From Eledone cirrhosa (Eukaryota), in assembly GCA_964016885.1 (NCBI GenBank), contig OZ024749.1, forward strand, positions 35,774,001 through 35,838,000: 64,000 nucleotides of DNA, read 5' to 3'. Made by a program: the position numbers and the translations under genes. The first letter of the stretch is position 1. Each line of letters begins with the position of its first letter. The notes under the pieces were generated by a model. The model worked only from the letters and a program-made list of their open reading frames with translations. It had not been told where the DNA came from and did no database searches. Positions 48,355 to 60,716 of this stretch are shown in pieces.

Positions 48355-48385
<31 letters not shown>
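47692..48385. repeat. Compound (TA)/(TACA)/(TATG) microsatellite with internal strand switch
   Basis: Directly visible. Confidence 0.9.
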
Positions 48386-48879
48386 CATCATCACTGTTTA
48401 ACAGCGATTTTCCCTGCTACATATATATATGTAAATATAAAATATAAAATATGAATTTGATACTTGCTGTATGTATATTTATATATATCTATATATATAT
48501 ATATAAATATACATACAGCAAGTATGAAATTTGGTCTATAAGAAAAGATGAATAATTAATTCTTATTTATTATTCTAAAAATATCTTTTCCTCCCCAAAA
48601 CACTCTCTTGTTGTTTTATGGCGACATTATGAAAATTTGATCAACCCGTGTATAAAGTACATTTTGTAATGAATTTATTTATTGCCAGAATATTTATGGT
48701 TTCCGTGTGAATAATTTGCCAAATTTCCATTTATAAAGTGCCTGAACCAATCTTCACATCTCTGTCATTTGTTGAATACTGGAATGGAATGGAAATGTAG
48801 AAATTACCCCTTTAGGTACCAAACTGTCTGAAACAGTCCCTTGTTCTATGATACAGTCTTTATATTTCTTCTTCCCTTT

Positions 48880-49125
48880 TGCTTCTTCTTCGTCCACTTA
48901 TTCCTGAGAGGGCTGTGGGCCAGAGTCTCCAAACACTCTTTCTAGCAGGTATTGTAAGAAGCAACCGTCTCCAACTAATCTATCTGGACCTGCAAACGAG
49001 ACCAGCCAAGTTCATAAATGTTATCCAACCATCTTGCTCTGAGTCACACCTGGGTCTCCAGCGTGTTGGTTTTGCCTGTAAAATCTGTCCAGCAATTCTT
49101 TCCTGTGACATTCTAATCACATGTC
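48880..49125 (-). mobile_element. Old RTE (Expander-like) LINE 3' fragment
   Basis: Minus strand IAGQILQAKPTRWRPR..LGWSR; related copy at 52192-52318. Confidence 0.55.
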
Positions 49126-49276
49126 TTTATATTTATCAAAAAAAATTTCCATTATAATTTTATGTAAAAACATTTACATTCCAAACACCAACTTAACACT
49201 TTTCATACCAAACTACCTGATACTACCTTTGATTCTACAATACTAAGTGTTATTTTAAAGTGTTTATATTATTTGT

Positions 49277-49393
49277 GAAGGCACGTGGATGAGTGATTAG
49301 AGAATTGGATTCACAATTGCGAGGTTATGAGTTTGATTCCTGGACTGGGCAATGCATTATGTCCTTGAGCAATACACTTTATTTCATGTTGCT
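49277..49393 (+). mobile_element. Old SINE head related to family A
   Basis: Decayed A/B boxes, TGTCCTTGAGCAATACACTTTATTTCA. Confidence 0.65.
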
Positions 49394-49594
49394 TCTTCTA
49401 CCTGGAGTTGCGACCGATAGATAGTATTAGCAATTGGAAAGACCAACAGAAGCATTGTTTCCTTGGTCTAATTTAACGAAAGTTGATCAACTGTTGATGT
49501 TATCTGAAAAAATTAGCATAATTTTATGTAAGACTTTATATAGGGTATGGTTTAGGGTAAAAGTCTAAAGGGTAAAAATCCCCTCAGTTATGAA

Positions 49595-49901
49595 TGACGA
49601 TGGGATTTGCACCTAGAAAATTCTCTTCTGAAGCATAAGCTTGGGCAAGGTGTTTTTGTGAAAGATCACCATCACCCATGCATACCAGTCTCCCCTCTCC
49701 ACACCACCGATGTTGTCCGAGGGAAAGGCAAAGACCAATACAGCTTGGCACCAGTGACATTGCAACTCATTTCTACAGCTGAGTGAATTGGAGCAACATG
49801 AAATAAAGTGTCTTGCTCAAGGACACAACGAACTGCCGGATCCAGGAATCAGACTCACAACTTCATGATTACAAGCCGATGCTCTAACCACTTAGCTATG
49901 T
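49595..49901 (-). mobile_element. tRNA-derived SINE sharing head and body with family A but with a different tail
   Basis: CTCATTTCTACAGCTGAGTGAATTGGAGCAACATGAAATAAAGTGTCTTGCTCAAGGACACAAC shared; distinct 3' part. Confidence 0.7.
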
Positions 49902-49913
49902 ACTTTCACATAA

Positions 49914-50485
49914 GTGTATGGTATAGCAGTATAGTATGTGGTATATGGTGTAGTATGTACTATATGGTGTAGTATGTAGAGTGTAGTATAGTGGTATACT
50001 ATATATTGTGTCATTGTGGAGGTGTGTGGTGTAGCAGTATAGTATATAGTGTGAGGTGTATTGGTATAGTATATAGTGTGTGGTGTATTGGTATAGTATG
50101 TAATGTGTGGTATATCTGTAGAGTATGTAGTGTGTTATAGTAGTACAGTATGTAGTGTGTGGTGTACTATATATTGTGTGGTATAGTGGTACACTATAGT
50201 GTGATGTAGTTGTATAGTATGGAGTGTGTGGCCTGGTGGTATAGTATGTAGTGTGTGGTGTAACAGTATAGTATATAGTGTGTGGTGTATCAGTATAGTA
50301 GTACAGTATGTAGTGTGTGGTGCAGTGGTGTACTATATATATACTATATATTGTGTGGTTTAGTTGTATAAAATAGTGTGGTGTAGTAGTATAGTATGTA
50401 TTGTGTTGTGTATTGGATATAGTATGTAGGGTAGTATGTGGTATAGTATGTATGGTTTGATGCAGTAGTATAGTACGCAGTGTAG
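49914..50485. repeat. Degenerate GTATAGTATGTAGTGTGTG minisatellite
   Basis: Directly visible. Confidence 0.85.
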
Positions 50486-50802
50486 CAGGCATGAAACCAA
50501 GAAATGAAAGATGTTGGCAAATGGCCAAAGCTTTGGTGATAGACAGTTATTTCCTCTGAACATCTTTTCAAGAAATTATCAGAAAAATAAGATACATTGT
50601 AATTATTATTTTCACTGACGAACTTAAATAATTACGATTGTGTCTGAAATGAAAAAGAAAAGTTGTTAAATTTATCACATTAGTTAATTTACTCAGAGTA
50701 TCTTGAAATTTAAGAGAAATCAAATACGAATACTTTAGTGTCCTCCAGAGAGAAAATTTCATTAAGACTGAAGAAACCCAATGGAGAATTGAAATAAATA
50801 TT

Positions 50803-50834
<32 letters not shown>

Positions 50835-50917
50835 TATTATCATTATTATTATTGTTTTTCCTTTTCTTTCAGTATTGTTTCTGATATATGCCGAGTGTCT
50901 TCCTGACACCTAGGGCA

Positions 50918-50961
<44 letters not shown>

Positions 50962-51170
50962 GGGCGGTGAACTGGCAGTATCGGTAGAGGGTTGGACGCC
51001 ATGTTTTCTAGCATAGTTACGTCCCTTTACAGTCTGAGTTCAAATCCCGCCGAGGTTAAATTTGCCTTTCATCCTTACGGGGTCGATAAAATAAAGTACC
51101 AGTAATGTACTGGGTAACTGCTGGCCTTGTGCCTAAAGTAGAAACAATTATTATTATTATTATTATTATT
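50962..51170 (+). mobile_element. SINE family B inserted in (ATT)n
   Basis: Full head-to-tail match; (ATT)n on both sides. Confidence 0.9.
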
Positions 51171-51664
51171 GTTCTTTGAGTCTCAGTCATTGATGTTAAT
51201 TAACTGGAAAGTTTGTTGAAATGAATATCAAGCCACTACCTGCAGCCTCAGATATTCAGGACGTATCGGAGGGTTCTCGCTGTTCCCAGCAAGCATGCCT
51301 TTTGAAGAGTTCCAAAAAGCGTGGCGGGGCCAATTTTCTTTAACCATCCCTGGAAACTCCTTGAGATAGTACCTAGTGCGCCTATGACAATCGGGACCAC
51401 TTTGACTTCATAGCAGTTCCAAATCCTTTTTACCTCCCACTTTAAGTCCTGGTATCGGTTAATTTTCTCCCTCTCCTTCTCTTGCACTCTCGTGTCGAAT
51501 GGGCAGGCTACATCTGCAATCAGGCACAATCTTTTTTCCTTGTCCAAAACTACCAGGTCAGGTCTATTGTGTTCCAGTTTCTTGTCCGTCTGTATCCTAA
51601 AATCCCATAGCACCTTCACCTGATCGTTTTCTATCACTGACTCTGGTTTATGCTCATACCACTT

Positions 51665-51670
<6 letters not shown>
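51171..51670 (-). mobile_element. 5'-truncated R4/Dong-clade non-LTR retrotransposon in a (TAA)n tract
   Basis: RLE ORF end plus ~75-bp 3' UTR, flanked both sides by (ATT)n. Confidence 0.85.
51248..51670 (-). CDS. Restriction-like endonuclease (PD..D) C-terminus of an R4/Dong ORF
   Basis: WYEHKPESVIEND..LWDFRIQTD..NRPDLVV..DVACPFD..KE.EKI.RYQDL..VVPIVIGALG..LQKACLLGTA. Confidence 0.88.
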
Positions 51671-51696
<26 letters not shown>

Positions 51697-53604
51697 GGAA
51701 TTTTATTGTTATTAGTTATTGTTTTTCTACTTTTTACTCTAATTTTTTTTTGTAAACCAATACGGTCCTTGTCTTTTGTATTGTCCCATATAGGTCGGCC
51801 CTTGTGGCCAATAAAGATATTACTATTATTATTATTATTGGCAATGAATTGGCGGTATCATTAGAGCATTGAACTACATGTTGTGTGGCATATAGTTATA
51901 ACACTTTATATTCTAAGTTGAAATCCTGCTGAGGTTAGCTTTGCACCAGTAACACACTGGTGGCAATTTGACTTTCCCCTTTCAGTGCCTGGATCATAAC
52001 AGTTTCGAACCATGAAAAAATTGTGTAATTAGAAGCATTAGAAATTGATAATCAATAAATTAGGACTGGGATAAAAAATTCTTATGTCATATATATATGA
52101 CAGATTTCAACACTTTCACCTTCTACCAAATTTCACTTGCAAAGCAATCTGACTCCTTAACAACTCCTTAACAACACTACCATACCTCAGTCTCGCCCAC
52201 TTATTTCTGAGAGGGTCGTGGGGTCAGAGTCCTCAAACACTCCTTCAAGTGGGTCCTGTAGGAAGCAACTGTCCCAAATTGATCTGGCTGGATCCCCAGG
52301 CATGACCAGCCAAGCTTAGGGATCCAGCTGAATATCTACATGTACACACACACACAACATATAATTTAAGCTTTTGTTTAATGGAGTCAAATTTCTCTTC
52401 TTCTAAATTCAAATACTATTTTAATATTTTATGTTTTCTTATTGAATCTAGTATCACATCTCTGTATGTTATAGAAATAACTGAAAAGATTACTGTAGAA
52501 TACTGCCTCAAAAAACCCTCCCAACCCATGCCAGCATGGAAAAACATCCATAAAAATAACTGCCCTAATTGCCCTTACATAAACATAACAAAAAGTGACT
52601 CCAAACTAACACTATCCATGAATTGTCCATATACCTAAATTATTGTCCATATACCTAAATTTAACCTCACCTTCCAGATACATGCCACACTAGATATAAA
52701 GTAAAACTAATCCCACACTTCAGAACTATACTGAAAACACTCCCATACTAATTACTGGTTCAGAGGTGACAGATGTCATCAAACTGCAGTTGTCATTATG
52801 TGGTTTCTGAATATCTCTGCAGCAATCCCTACCCTGTTACCTAATTGACATTACATCAGAACAACCACTAAGATAGAGGAAGAACATCTGGTTGAAAAAA
52901 ACCCACAGCCTCAAAAGATAGTCCTGCTCAATGCCTTCCATTATGGAAATGTGAATATAGAAATGATGATGAAATGATGATAATGTTTGACAAACTATCT
53001 TAAACTTAATAAAGTAGCTGAAACATTTTAAAACTATTTTGTCAATAAAAAACCCACAAAAGTTTTGTTGGCCGACGTTTCATAATGAAATTCTTTAAAA
53101 TGAGTTTCTATTATACATTTCCTTTCTTGAATGAATTAGTTGTTGCTTTTGTTTTTTTTTTCGTTTTCCTTTATTTCAATATTCTGTGATCTTTGTGTTA
53201 TTTTCTCTTTCTTTCTAAAATTTTGATGCAAATTTCTAAAATGTCTGGTAGAGAAAAAAAAACTATGACAAGAATCATATTTTTTTCTTGACTCTTTGTA
53301 TCTTGACTTGAGTTAGGGGAAAACAATATGTCAACATTCATTTAGAATCATTGGATCACTTTATAAACAGAATATTTCAAGCCCTGAACAGCAGCCATAT
53401 AGTGTCTTACATGCATACATACATACATACATACACACACATACATACATACATACATACACACACATACATACATATTACATACATACATACATACATA
53501 TATGAAGGAATGAAAGACTAATAATCTTGGAATCAACAGATGGCGCCACTAGCTCCACAGTACATTCTAGACTGCTTTTTTTTTTTTTTGCAGAGAAAAA
53601 AACA

Positions 53605-54049
53605 TTAACCCTTTCATTACAATATTTCTAATAAAATATACTGCCTATGGTTTGCAAATAATTTTCAAATAATAAAAACAATTTGGAGAGATTTAGTAAT
53701 ATAACTTTTTTTTTTATTATTAAGCTGATGTTTGGAATATAACAGTTTCTTATATAAGATTATGTTTGGAGGTTTTTTAAATAAAGATAAACATTTTAAC
53801 CCTTACATATTTTTCATGAAAGACACTGCCTATGATTTTCAAATAAATTTGAAAATTATCAAGAATTTGGAGAGATTTAGTAATACAACTAACTTTCTCA
53901 TTATTAACTTGGTATTTGGAACATAACTCAAGAAAGGTTTTTACATAAAATTATGATGGAAATTTTAAATAAATATAAACACTTTAAAACAAACAGCTTA
54001 GCATCATAGTGAGAGGGCAGTTTAAGTAGTTTAGTATCAGAAGAGTTAA
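53605..54049. mobile_element. TTAA-flanked MITE family 1 with internal tandem duplication
   Basis: TTAA-CCCTTT...AAGAG-TTAA; ACTGCCTATG..GGAGAGATTTAGTAATA occurs twice. Confidence 0.7.
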
Positions 54050-54119
54050 CTTGTCTGGATTTAATTGAACATATAATGAAATAGAAATAAAAGTACAAAA
54101 ATCTTTAGTGAAATTATTA

Positions 54120-54520
54120 TCTATAGACATCTGTAACTCCTTTCTTACATTAACAGTGGTATATATAGACATCTGGAACATCTTTTTTACATTAACAATG
54201 GTATATATAGATATCTGGAACATCTTTTTTACATTAACAGTGGTATATATAGACATCTGGAACATCTTTTTTACATTAACAATGGTATCTAATAAACATT
54301 TGGGACATCTTTTTTTATATTAACAGTGGTATCTAGTAGACATATATAACAGCTACTATATATACCACTGTTAATGTAAGAAACATTAACAGTGGTATAA
54401 ATAGTAGACATCTGTAACAGCTTTCTTACATTAACAATGGTATCTAATAGACATTTGGAACATCTTTTTTATATTAACTGTGATATCTAGAGACATCTGG
54501 AACTGCTTTCTTACATCAAC
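54120..54520. repeat. 42-bp minisatellite with one inverted segment
   Basis: TAGACATCTGGAACATCTTTTTTACATTAACAGTGGTATATA units. Confidence 0.9.
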
Positions 54521-54609
54521 AGAAATCCTCAAGTTTACAATAAATGGAAATAAAATTATAGTGTTCATGGTTTGCAATAGAAATCACATCTTTGTTTTGA
54601 TTTTGTGTA

Positions 54610-54815
54610 ATTACTCACAAGCCAAGCACACTGCACAGGCTTTCACAAGAGTATGAGTGTCTCAGTCTTTGCTGCATTGATTTTCATTCCTGCCATGCAA
54701 GCACTCAGTAGCACACCTATCAAGAGCATGTTGGAGATAAATTTCTGATGAGTTAAGTAGCCTCATGTCATCAGCAAATTCCAGCCGATTGATCCAACAC
54801 TTTTGATTCCTGATT
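54610..54815 (-). pseudogene. Decayed non-LTR (RTE-like) reverse transcriptase fragment
   Basis: INRLEFADDMRLLNSSEIYLQHALDRCATECL /frameshift/ AGMKINAAKTETLIL. Confidence 0.8.
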
Positions 54816-55885
54816 TGAAATCATGGCCTCAGGCAGTTTGTTATCAAAAGAGTTAACTTAAAAGGGTAAACTTCATCAGGTAATCACAGTGACTGCCGAA
54901 GCTATACAAACTCCTGGTTTAAAACATCTCAATCGGACAGATAAGTACATTTTAGAAAGTCCCTTTGAGAATATCACGTCAAAAGGAGCAATAATGGAGA
55001 GTAAGTAAATTTGAATGTAATGGCATTTGGAAGGAGGACAAAAACAACCATTTTAAAGCTTATTAACAATTTGCTGAGCTCTGAAAGAATTCAAATAGAA
55101 AAATTTTCTCTCTACAGAAATTGAAATCTCTTGGTAATTCTCTGCTATCTCCTGACCAATTCCTTTTAGTGATTTACCAGTATGTTCTATGTGTTTGTGT
55201 GTGTGAGAGGTGGGAAGAGAAATAGTGAGAGAGAAAAAGAGAAGTGAGTGTGAGAGAGAAGTGACTAGAAGGAGCCAACACAGATTTACTGTTGTTCTTT
55301 AAGTAGAGGAAAGTAAATGTCTTGCTCTCATCTATCCTGAATATATAAATAATTATTATTTTGGTTAGATTTTATGTGGAATTTCTTTTGATGAAAGTCA
55401 AATGTAAAACTTTGTAGTTGTTGTGGTTGTTGTAAATATCTCAGCAGCATTTGTAGGTTTGTTCAAGTGGAGGTAAGGGGAGGGGGAGAAATGTTGCGAC
55501 ATGTACATGTGAAGGTGTATAGATGCAGATAGATAAATATATTACATTCTCTCTCTCTCTCTCTCACTCTCTCCCCCTCTCCCTCTCTTTCTCTCTCTCA
55601 CACACACACACACATGCATATACACATACACGTGCACATTCATACAAATCTACACACATATAGACATACACACACATATACATATATACAAATACACATA
55701 CGCTCACACAGAAATCATATACATATACACAAATAGATTTCATGCTCACAAAAGTACATGTATATTTACATATACATACACAAATCTGCAAACATACATA
55801 TACACCAATACATAGACTCTCATGCATACACAGATATGCATATTTATACACATACACACACAAACACAAATACATATATACACAT

Positions 55886-56209
55886 GGAGGCACATGGCTT
55901 AGTGGTTAGAGCATTGGCCTTGCAATCAAAAGGTTGTGAGTTCAATTCTCAGACCAGGTGATGTGTTGTTTCCTTGAGCAAAACACTTTATTTCACATTG
56001 CTCCAGTTTACTCAGCTGTAGAAATGAGATGATAGGGACTGGGGTCCCTATCATTCCACTGTATAGTGGTCGTGGAGGTGCCACGGCAAAAAAGCACCCA
56101 GCACTCACTGTAAAATGAGGTTGGTGTTAGGAAGGGCATCCAGCTGTAGAAATCAAGCCAGAATCAGTTCCCGTCCCACCCTTGCAAGCAGGGAAAAAGC
56201 GGACATAAA

Positions 56210-56240
<31 letters not shown>
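55886..56240 (+). mobile_element. SINE family A, full length
   Basis: Same family; (GAT)n tail. Confidence 0.9.
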
Positions 56241-56454
56241 CACACACACAAAGGCATATACATATACACAGACACACCAACTGTCAGATAACATTCTGAA
56301 ATCGTGTCACAGAGAAGCTTGATGTCCAATAGACTGTAAGTTAAGCTGTGACGTTGGACTCAGTGGAATAGGACAGTTGCAGCACCAAGAAAGTTCAATA
56401 TAGTAAAACAGGTAACTATTTATTGAAGGATAACAATTACTGATCTCTAAATAG

Positions 56455-56790
56455 TTTCATACATATTTAGGGGAAGGCATTTCCCTGGTAACTTAAAATA
56501 GACAATACTTATTACAGGAAAATATTTATTCATTTTTAACATAATCTCACACATATTTGGGGAAAGGTATTTTCTAGGTAACTGTTTATAAACCAGTTCT
56601 AACACAATACATATTGAAGGGTGATATTTACTAATATCTAACATATTCTCACACATATTTGAGGTAAGATATTTCCCAGGTAATAGAAAATAGATAATAC
56701 TTATTGAAAGATAATATTTACTGATTTCTAACATAAGCTCACACATATTTCTAACATAAGCTCTCACATATTTCTAACATAAGCTCTCAC
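56455..56790. repeat. Diverged ~90-105-bp tandem repeat followed by 22-bp repeats
   Basis: ACATATTT.GGG.AAGG.ATTT...GGTAA x3; CACATATTTCTAACATAAGCTC x2-3. Confidence 0.75.
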
Positions 56791-57049
56791 AGGTATGAGA
56801 GAACATGCAGCCTTCAAGCACAGCCTTCTGAAAGAAGTCTTGAATTTTGTATCAAAAAAATCCATTTATGTTGATTACATCAATACTAAAATCCAATATT
56901 TTAAATATTTAAGGTCATTAAATTGTTAAGGTTATTAAAAGATTAGTTTACATTTTAATTTCCCCATATTAATATTTATAATTATATTTTCACAATAAAT
57001 GTAATTAAATTGTTCCATATATTTGATTACATTTTATTTTATGTGGTGT

Positions 57050-57380
57050 TTCATTTCATTTTACGTCCACTTTTTCCCTGCTTGCAAGGGTGGGACAGCA
57101 ACTGATTCTGGCTTGATTTCTACAGCTGGATGCCCTTCCTAACACCAACCTCATTTACAGTGAGTGCTGGGTGCTTTTTTGCCGTGGCACCTGCACGACC
57201 ACTTTGCAGTGGAATGATAGGGACTCTGTCCTATCATCTCATTTCTACAGCTGAGTAAACTGGAGCAATGTGAAATAAAGTGTATTGCTCAAGGAAACAA
57301 AACATCACCCGGTCTGAGAATTGAACTCACAACCTTTCGATTGCAAGGCCAATGCTCTAACCACTAAGCCATGTGCCTCC
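57050..57380 (-). mobile_element. SINE family A, full length
   Basis: Same family. Confidence 0.9.
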
Positions 57381-57578
57381 ATGTTTATAGATTACAATTT
57401 ATTCTGTGTGGTCTTCAAATATAGTAAAGTTTCCTGCTCCACTGATACTTCCTACAATGTGGTGGCTAGTGTTAAAAAGGACATCTATCCATAGAAATCA
57501 CACCAAAAATGGAACATACAAGCAAAGTGTTACCCTCCAACCCGTCCAACCCATGCTAGCATGGAAAGCAGATGCAAA

Positions 57579-57770
57579 ATAATTGTTTCTACTTTTGGCA
57601 CAAGGCCAGCAATTACCCAGTGTATTACTGGTACTTTATTTTATCGACCCCGTAAGGATGAAAGGCAAAGTTAACCTCGGCGGGATTTGAACTCAGAATG
57701 GCAAGGGCCGTAACTCTATGCGTCAAAGCATGACGTCCGAGCCTCTACCGATACTGCCAATCCACCGCCC
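57579..57770 (-). mobile_element. SINE family B with ~17-bp TSD, inserted in an older SINE/LINE tail
   Basis: AGCAGATG(C/T)AAAATAAT on both sides. Confidence 0.9.
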
Positions 57771-58349
57771 TAGCAGATGTAAAATAATGATGTGTGTGTG
57801 TGTGTATGTGTGTGTGTGTGCGTAGGCCTCTGTGTATATATGTGTCAGTGTGTGTATGTGTATGTCTCTGTGTGAGAATGTGTGTGTATGCCTGTGTGTA
57901 TCTGTGTGTGCCTCTTTGTGTATGTATGTGTGTCAGTGTGTGTATGTATCTGTGTATGTCTGTGTGTATGCCTGTGTCAGTGTGTGTGTATATCTCTGAG
58001 TGTGTGTGTGTGTGTGTGTATGTATGTCTCTATGTGTGTATGTCTGTGTGTGTGTGTGTGTGTGCAGCAATGATGGTAATAGTTACATAGTTACAAAAGA
58101 CATTTCTTAGCCAAACTCTGTCAATAGCCAATTATATAACTGTCGGTATATATCTGGAAAGGAACTCTGTTAAGAGAGGAGCCAACAAATTGTTCTATAT
58201 GAATCAAACGTTGGTAGAATTACTGGAACCTTCTCAGACATGCTGACAATTCTAACACTCAGCATTTATCTACTGACAACAATCAAAAGAAAATTATGGA
58301 GCTTTAATTCTCTTCTATTGATCAATCTGACTTTCTTTTAATGTCTTCA

Positions 58350-58936
58350 AAACTATGGAAGTACAGACTATGGAAGTACTGACAGTCTATGGAAGCACTG
58401 ACAGACTATGGAAGTACTGACAGACTATGGAAGTACTGACAAACTATGGAAGTACTGACAAACTATGGAAGTACTGATAAACTATGGAAGTACTGACAGA
58501 CTATGGGAGTACTGACAGACTATGGAAGTACTGAAAAACTATGGAAGTACTGACTATGGAAGTACTGACAGTCTATGGAAGCACTGACAGACTATGGAAG
58601 TACTGACATACTATGGAAGTACTGACAAACTATGGAAGTACTGACAAACTATGGAAGTACTGACAAACTATGGAAGTACTGACAGACTATGGAAGTACTG
58701 ACAGACTATGGAAGTACTGACAGACTATGGAAGTACTGACAGACTATGGAAGTACTGACAAACTATGGAAGTACTGACAAACTATGGAAGCACTGACAGA
58801 CTATGGAAGTACTGACAAACTATGGAAGTACTGACAAACTATGGAAGCACTGACAGACTATGGGAGTACTGACAGACTATGGAAGTACTGAAAAACTATG
58901 GAAGTACAATAACTATAGAAGTACTGACAAACTATG
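58350..58936. repeat. 19-bp minisatellite (ACTATGGAAGTACTGACAR), ~30 copies
   Basis: Directly visible; no spacers. Confidence 0.95.
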
Positions 58937-59029
58937 AGAAGTTTTACGATAATTATAAATAACCTAATATAAAAAAGGGGTGGTTTCAGTCAATTTGGTA
59001 TTAAAAGAGTTAAAATACATGCATTCATG

Positions 59030-59541
59030 TGTCCTTGTCTGTACTTCAATATCTGTTACATTACAAAGGTGAGGAATTTACATCTGTGTCGTTTACTGTA
59101 CTTCAACACCTGTTATATTACAAAGGTGAAAAATGTATACCTGTGTCATTTATTGTACTTCAACACATGTTATATTACAAAGGTGAGAAATTTATACCTG
59201 TGTCATTTACTGTACTGCCTTCAACACCTATTACATTACAAAAGTGACACATTTATCGCTCTGTCATTTACTGTACTTCAATACCTGTTACATTACAAAG
59301 GTGAGAAATGTATACCTCTGTTCTTTTCTGTACTTCAATACCAGTTACATTACAAAAATGATAAATGTATAACTGTCTTTTCCTGTAATTCAACAATTGT
59401 TATATTACAAAGGTGAAACATTTTTACCTCTGACATTTCCTGTATTTCAACAACTGTTATATTACAAAGGTGAGACATTTCTACCTCTGTTTTTCCTGTA
59501 CTGATTTCAGCAATTGTTACTTACATAACAGAAGTGAGAAA
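59030..59541. repeat. ~57-bp diverged minisatellite, ~9 copies
   Basis: CTGTACTTCAA.ACCTGTTA.ATTACAAAGGTGAGAAAT units. Confidence 0.9.
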
Positions 59542-59812
59542 TTTATTTTTGTGTTGTTGTTTTGTTGTTGTTGTTTCCACTATTTGGTGAACAAAAGAAT
59601 ATTTTTTTTAACATACATTTTTTTTCCACCTGTGAACATTCTCTGAAAATGGCCATGAGACATAGCGACAATAAATTCAGCAAGAAAAAAAAATTGAAAA
59701 AGGAATAAAAACATAGAGAAAACAGTAAAAAAAAAATATTAAAAGAATATTTTTTACAGCAGTAGTAGTAGTAGTTAGTGATAATAATTATATATATATA
59801 TATATATATATA

Positions 59813-60318
59813 TTCAGGCTTGAGCTGGTCAATTCCGGTAGAGCTGGCCAATTCCGTATGGTCAATCTTAATGAAATAATATGGAGAGTACTCAACATAA
59901 AGCAGTTCAACCGTCTTCGTTTTTGTAGTTGGTGGTGCTAGTACGGAGTTAAATATTATAATGAAATGACAGGAGGCTGGACTTGTGTAAATCCTTGAAA
60001 GGTTTATTATACTATGATCATTCCAATGACCGGATTCCGTATGAATCCGGTGTTATCATCAGGTATTCGAAATATAATAAATGAATGTAATAGATAAAGT
60101 CCATGGGGCTGAAAATCAAAGACCGGAGGACGACCAACATCTAGCATCTTCCACTTTTGCCGGTCGCCCTCAAGTGAGGGGGCTAAAGCTTATAGTGTGC
60201 TACTACCGGTCAAATAGAGGAAAACAGAAAGGGAGAGGAAGATAAGTCAGCGTTAATATCATGCCACAAGAAAAAAGACAGAAAGAATGGGAAAGAAAAG
60301 GAAGAAGAAGAAAAGTCA
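59813..60318 (-). mobile_element. (TA)n-flanked Penelope-like non-coding element
   Basis: Contains a hammerhead motif, AATAAA and the GAGTACTCAA motif; purine-rich distal part. Confidence 0.55.
60009..60066 (-). ncRNA. Minimal type-I hammerhead motif with one core substitution
   Basis: ATAC-CTGATGA-TAAC-ACCGGATTC-ATACG-GAATCCGGT-CATT-GGAAT-GATC-ATA-GTAT-AATAAA; GGAA instead of GAAA. Confidence 0.7.
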
Positions 60319-60680
60319 TATATATATGTGTGTAAATAGGGAGAAAAAACGATTATTAGGAAGAAAAAATTTTTTTTTCCCTGTATTATTTATAAATATA
60401 TATATATATATATATAAAACCATATTTATTTCATTATATATATTTCAGGGATATCATAAAATAAATAACACAATATAATTATCCCATTTCACAAAGGTAG
60501 ACAATTCTAACAGAAACGTCTGGTTTGTTCATCAGATGAAATATCTATCTATGCTGTTAGAATCATGAAACCATTAGTAATGGAATAATTATTTTGTGTT
60601 GTTTATTATGTAATTAAATAGCTCTGTACTATACATAGAGCACTCTTCTTTCCTTTACCTTTTCTACGGAAATACTTAAT

Positions 60681-60716
<36 letters not shown>

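Noticed and set aside
54744-54775. CTGATGA/TCATCAG as hammerhead cores
   Set aside because: They fall within the FADD RT relic and lack stem II and GAAA.
58350-58936. CRISPR-like array (also 3337-5470 and 59030-59541)
   Set aside because: No unique spacers, no cas genes, eukaryotic context.
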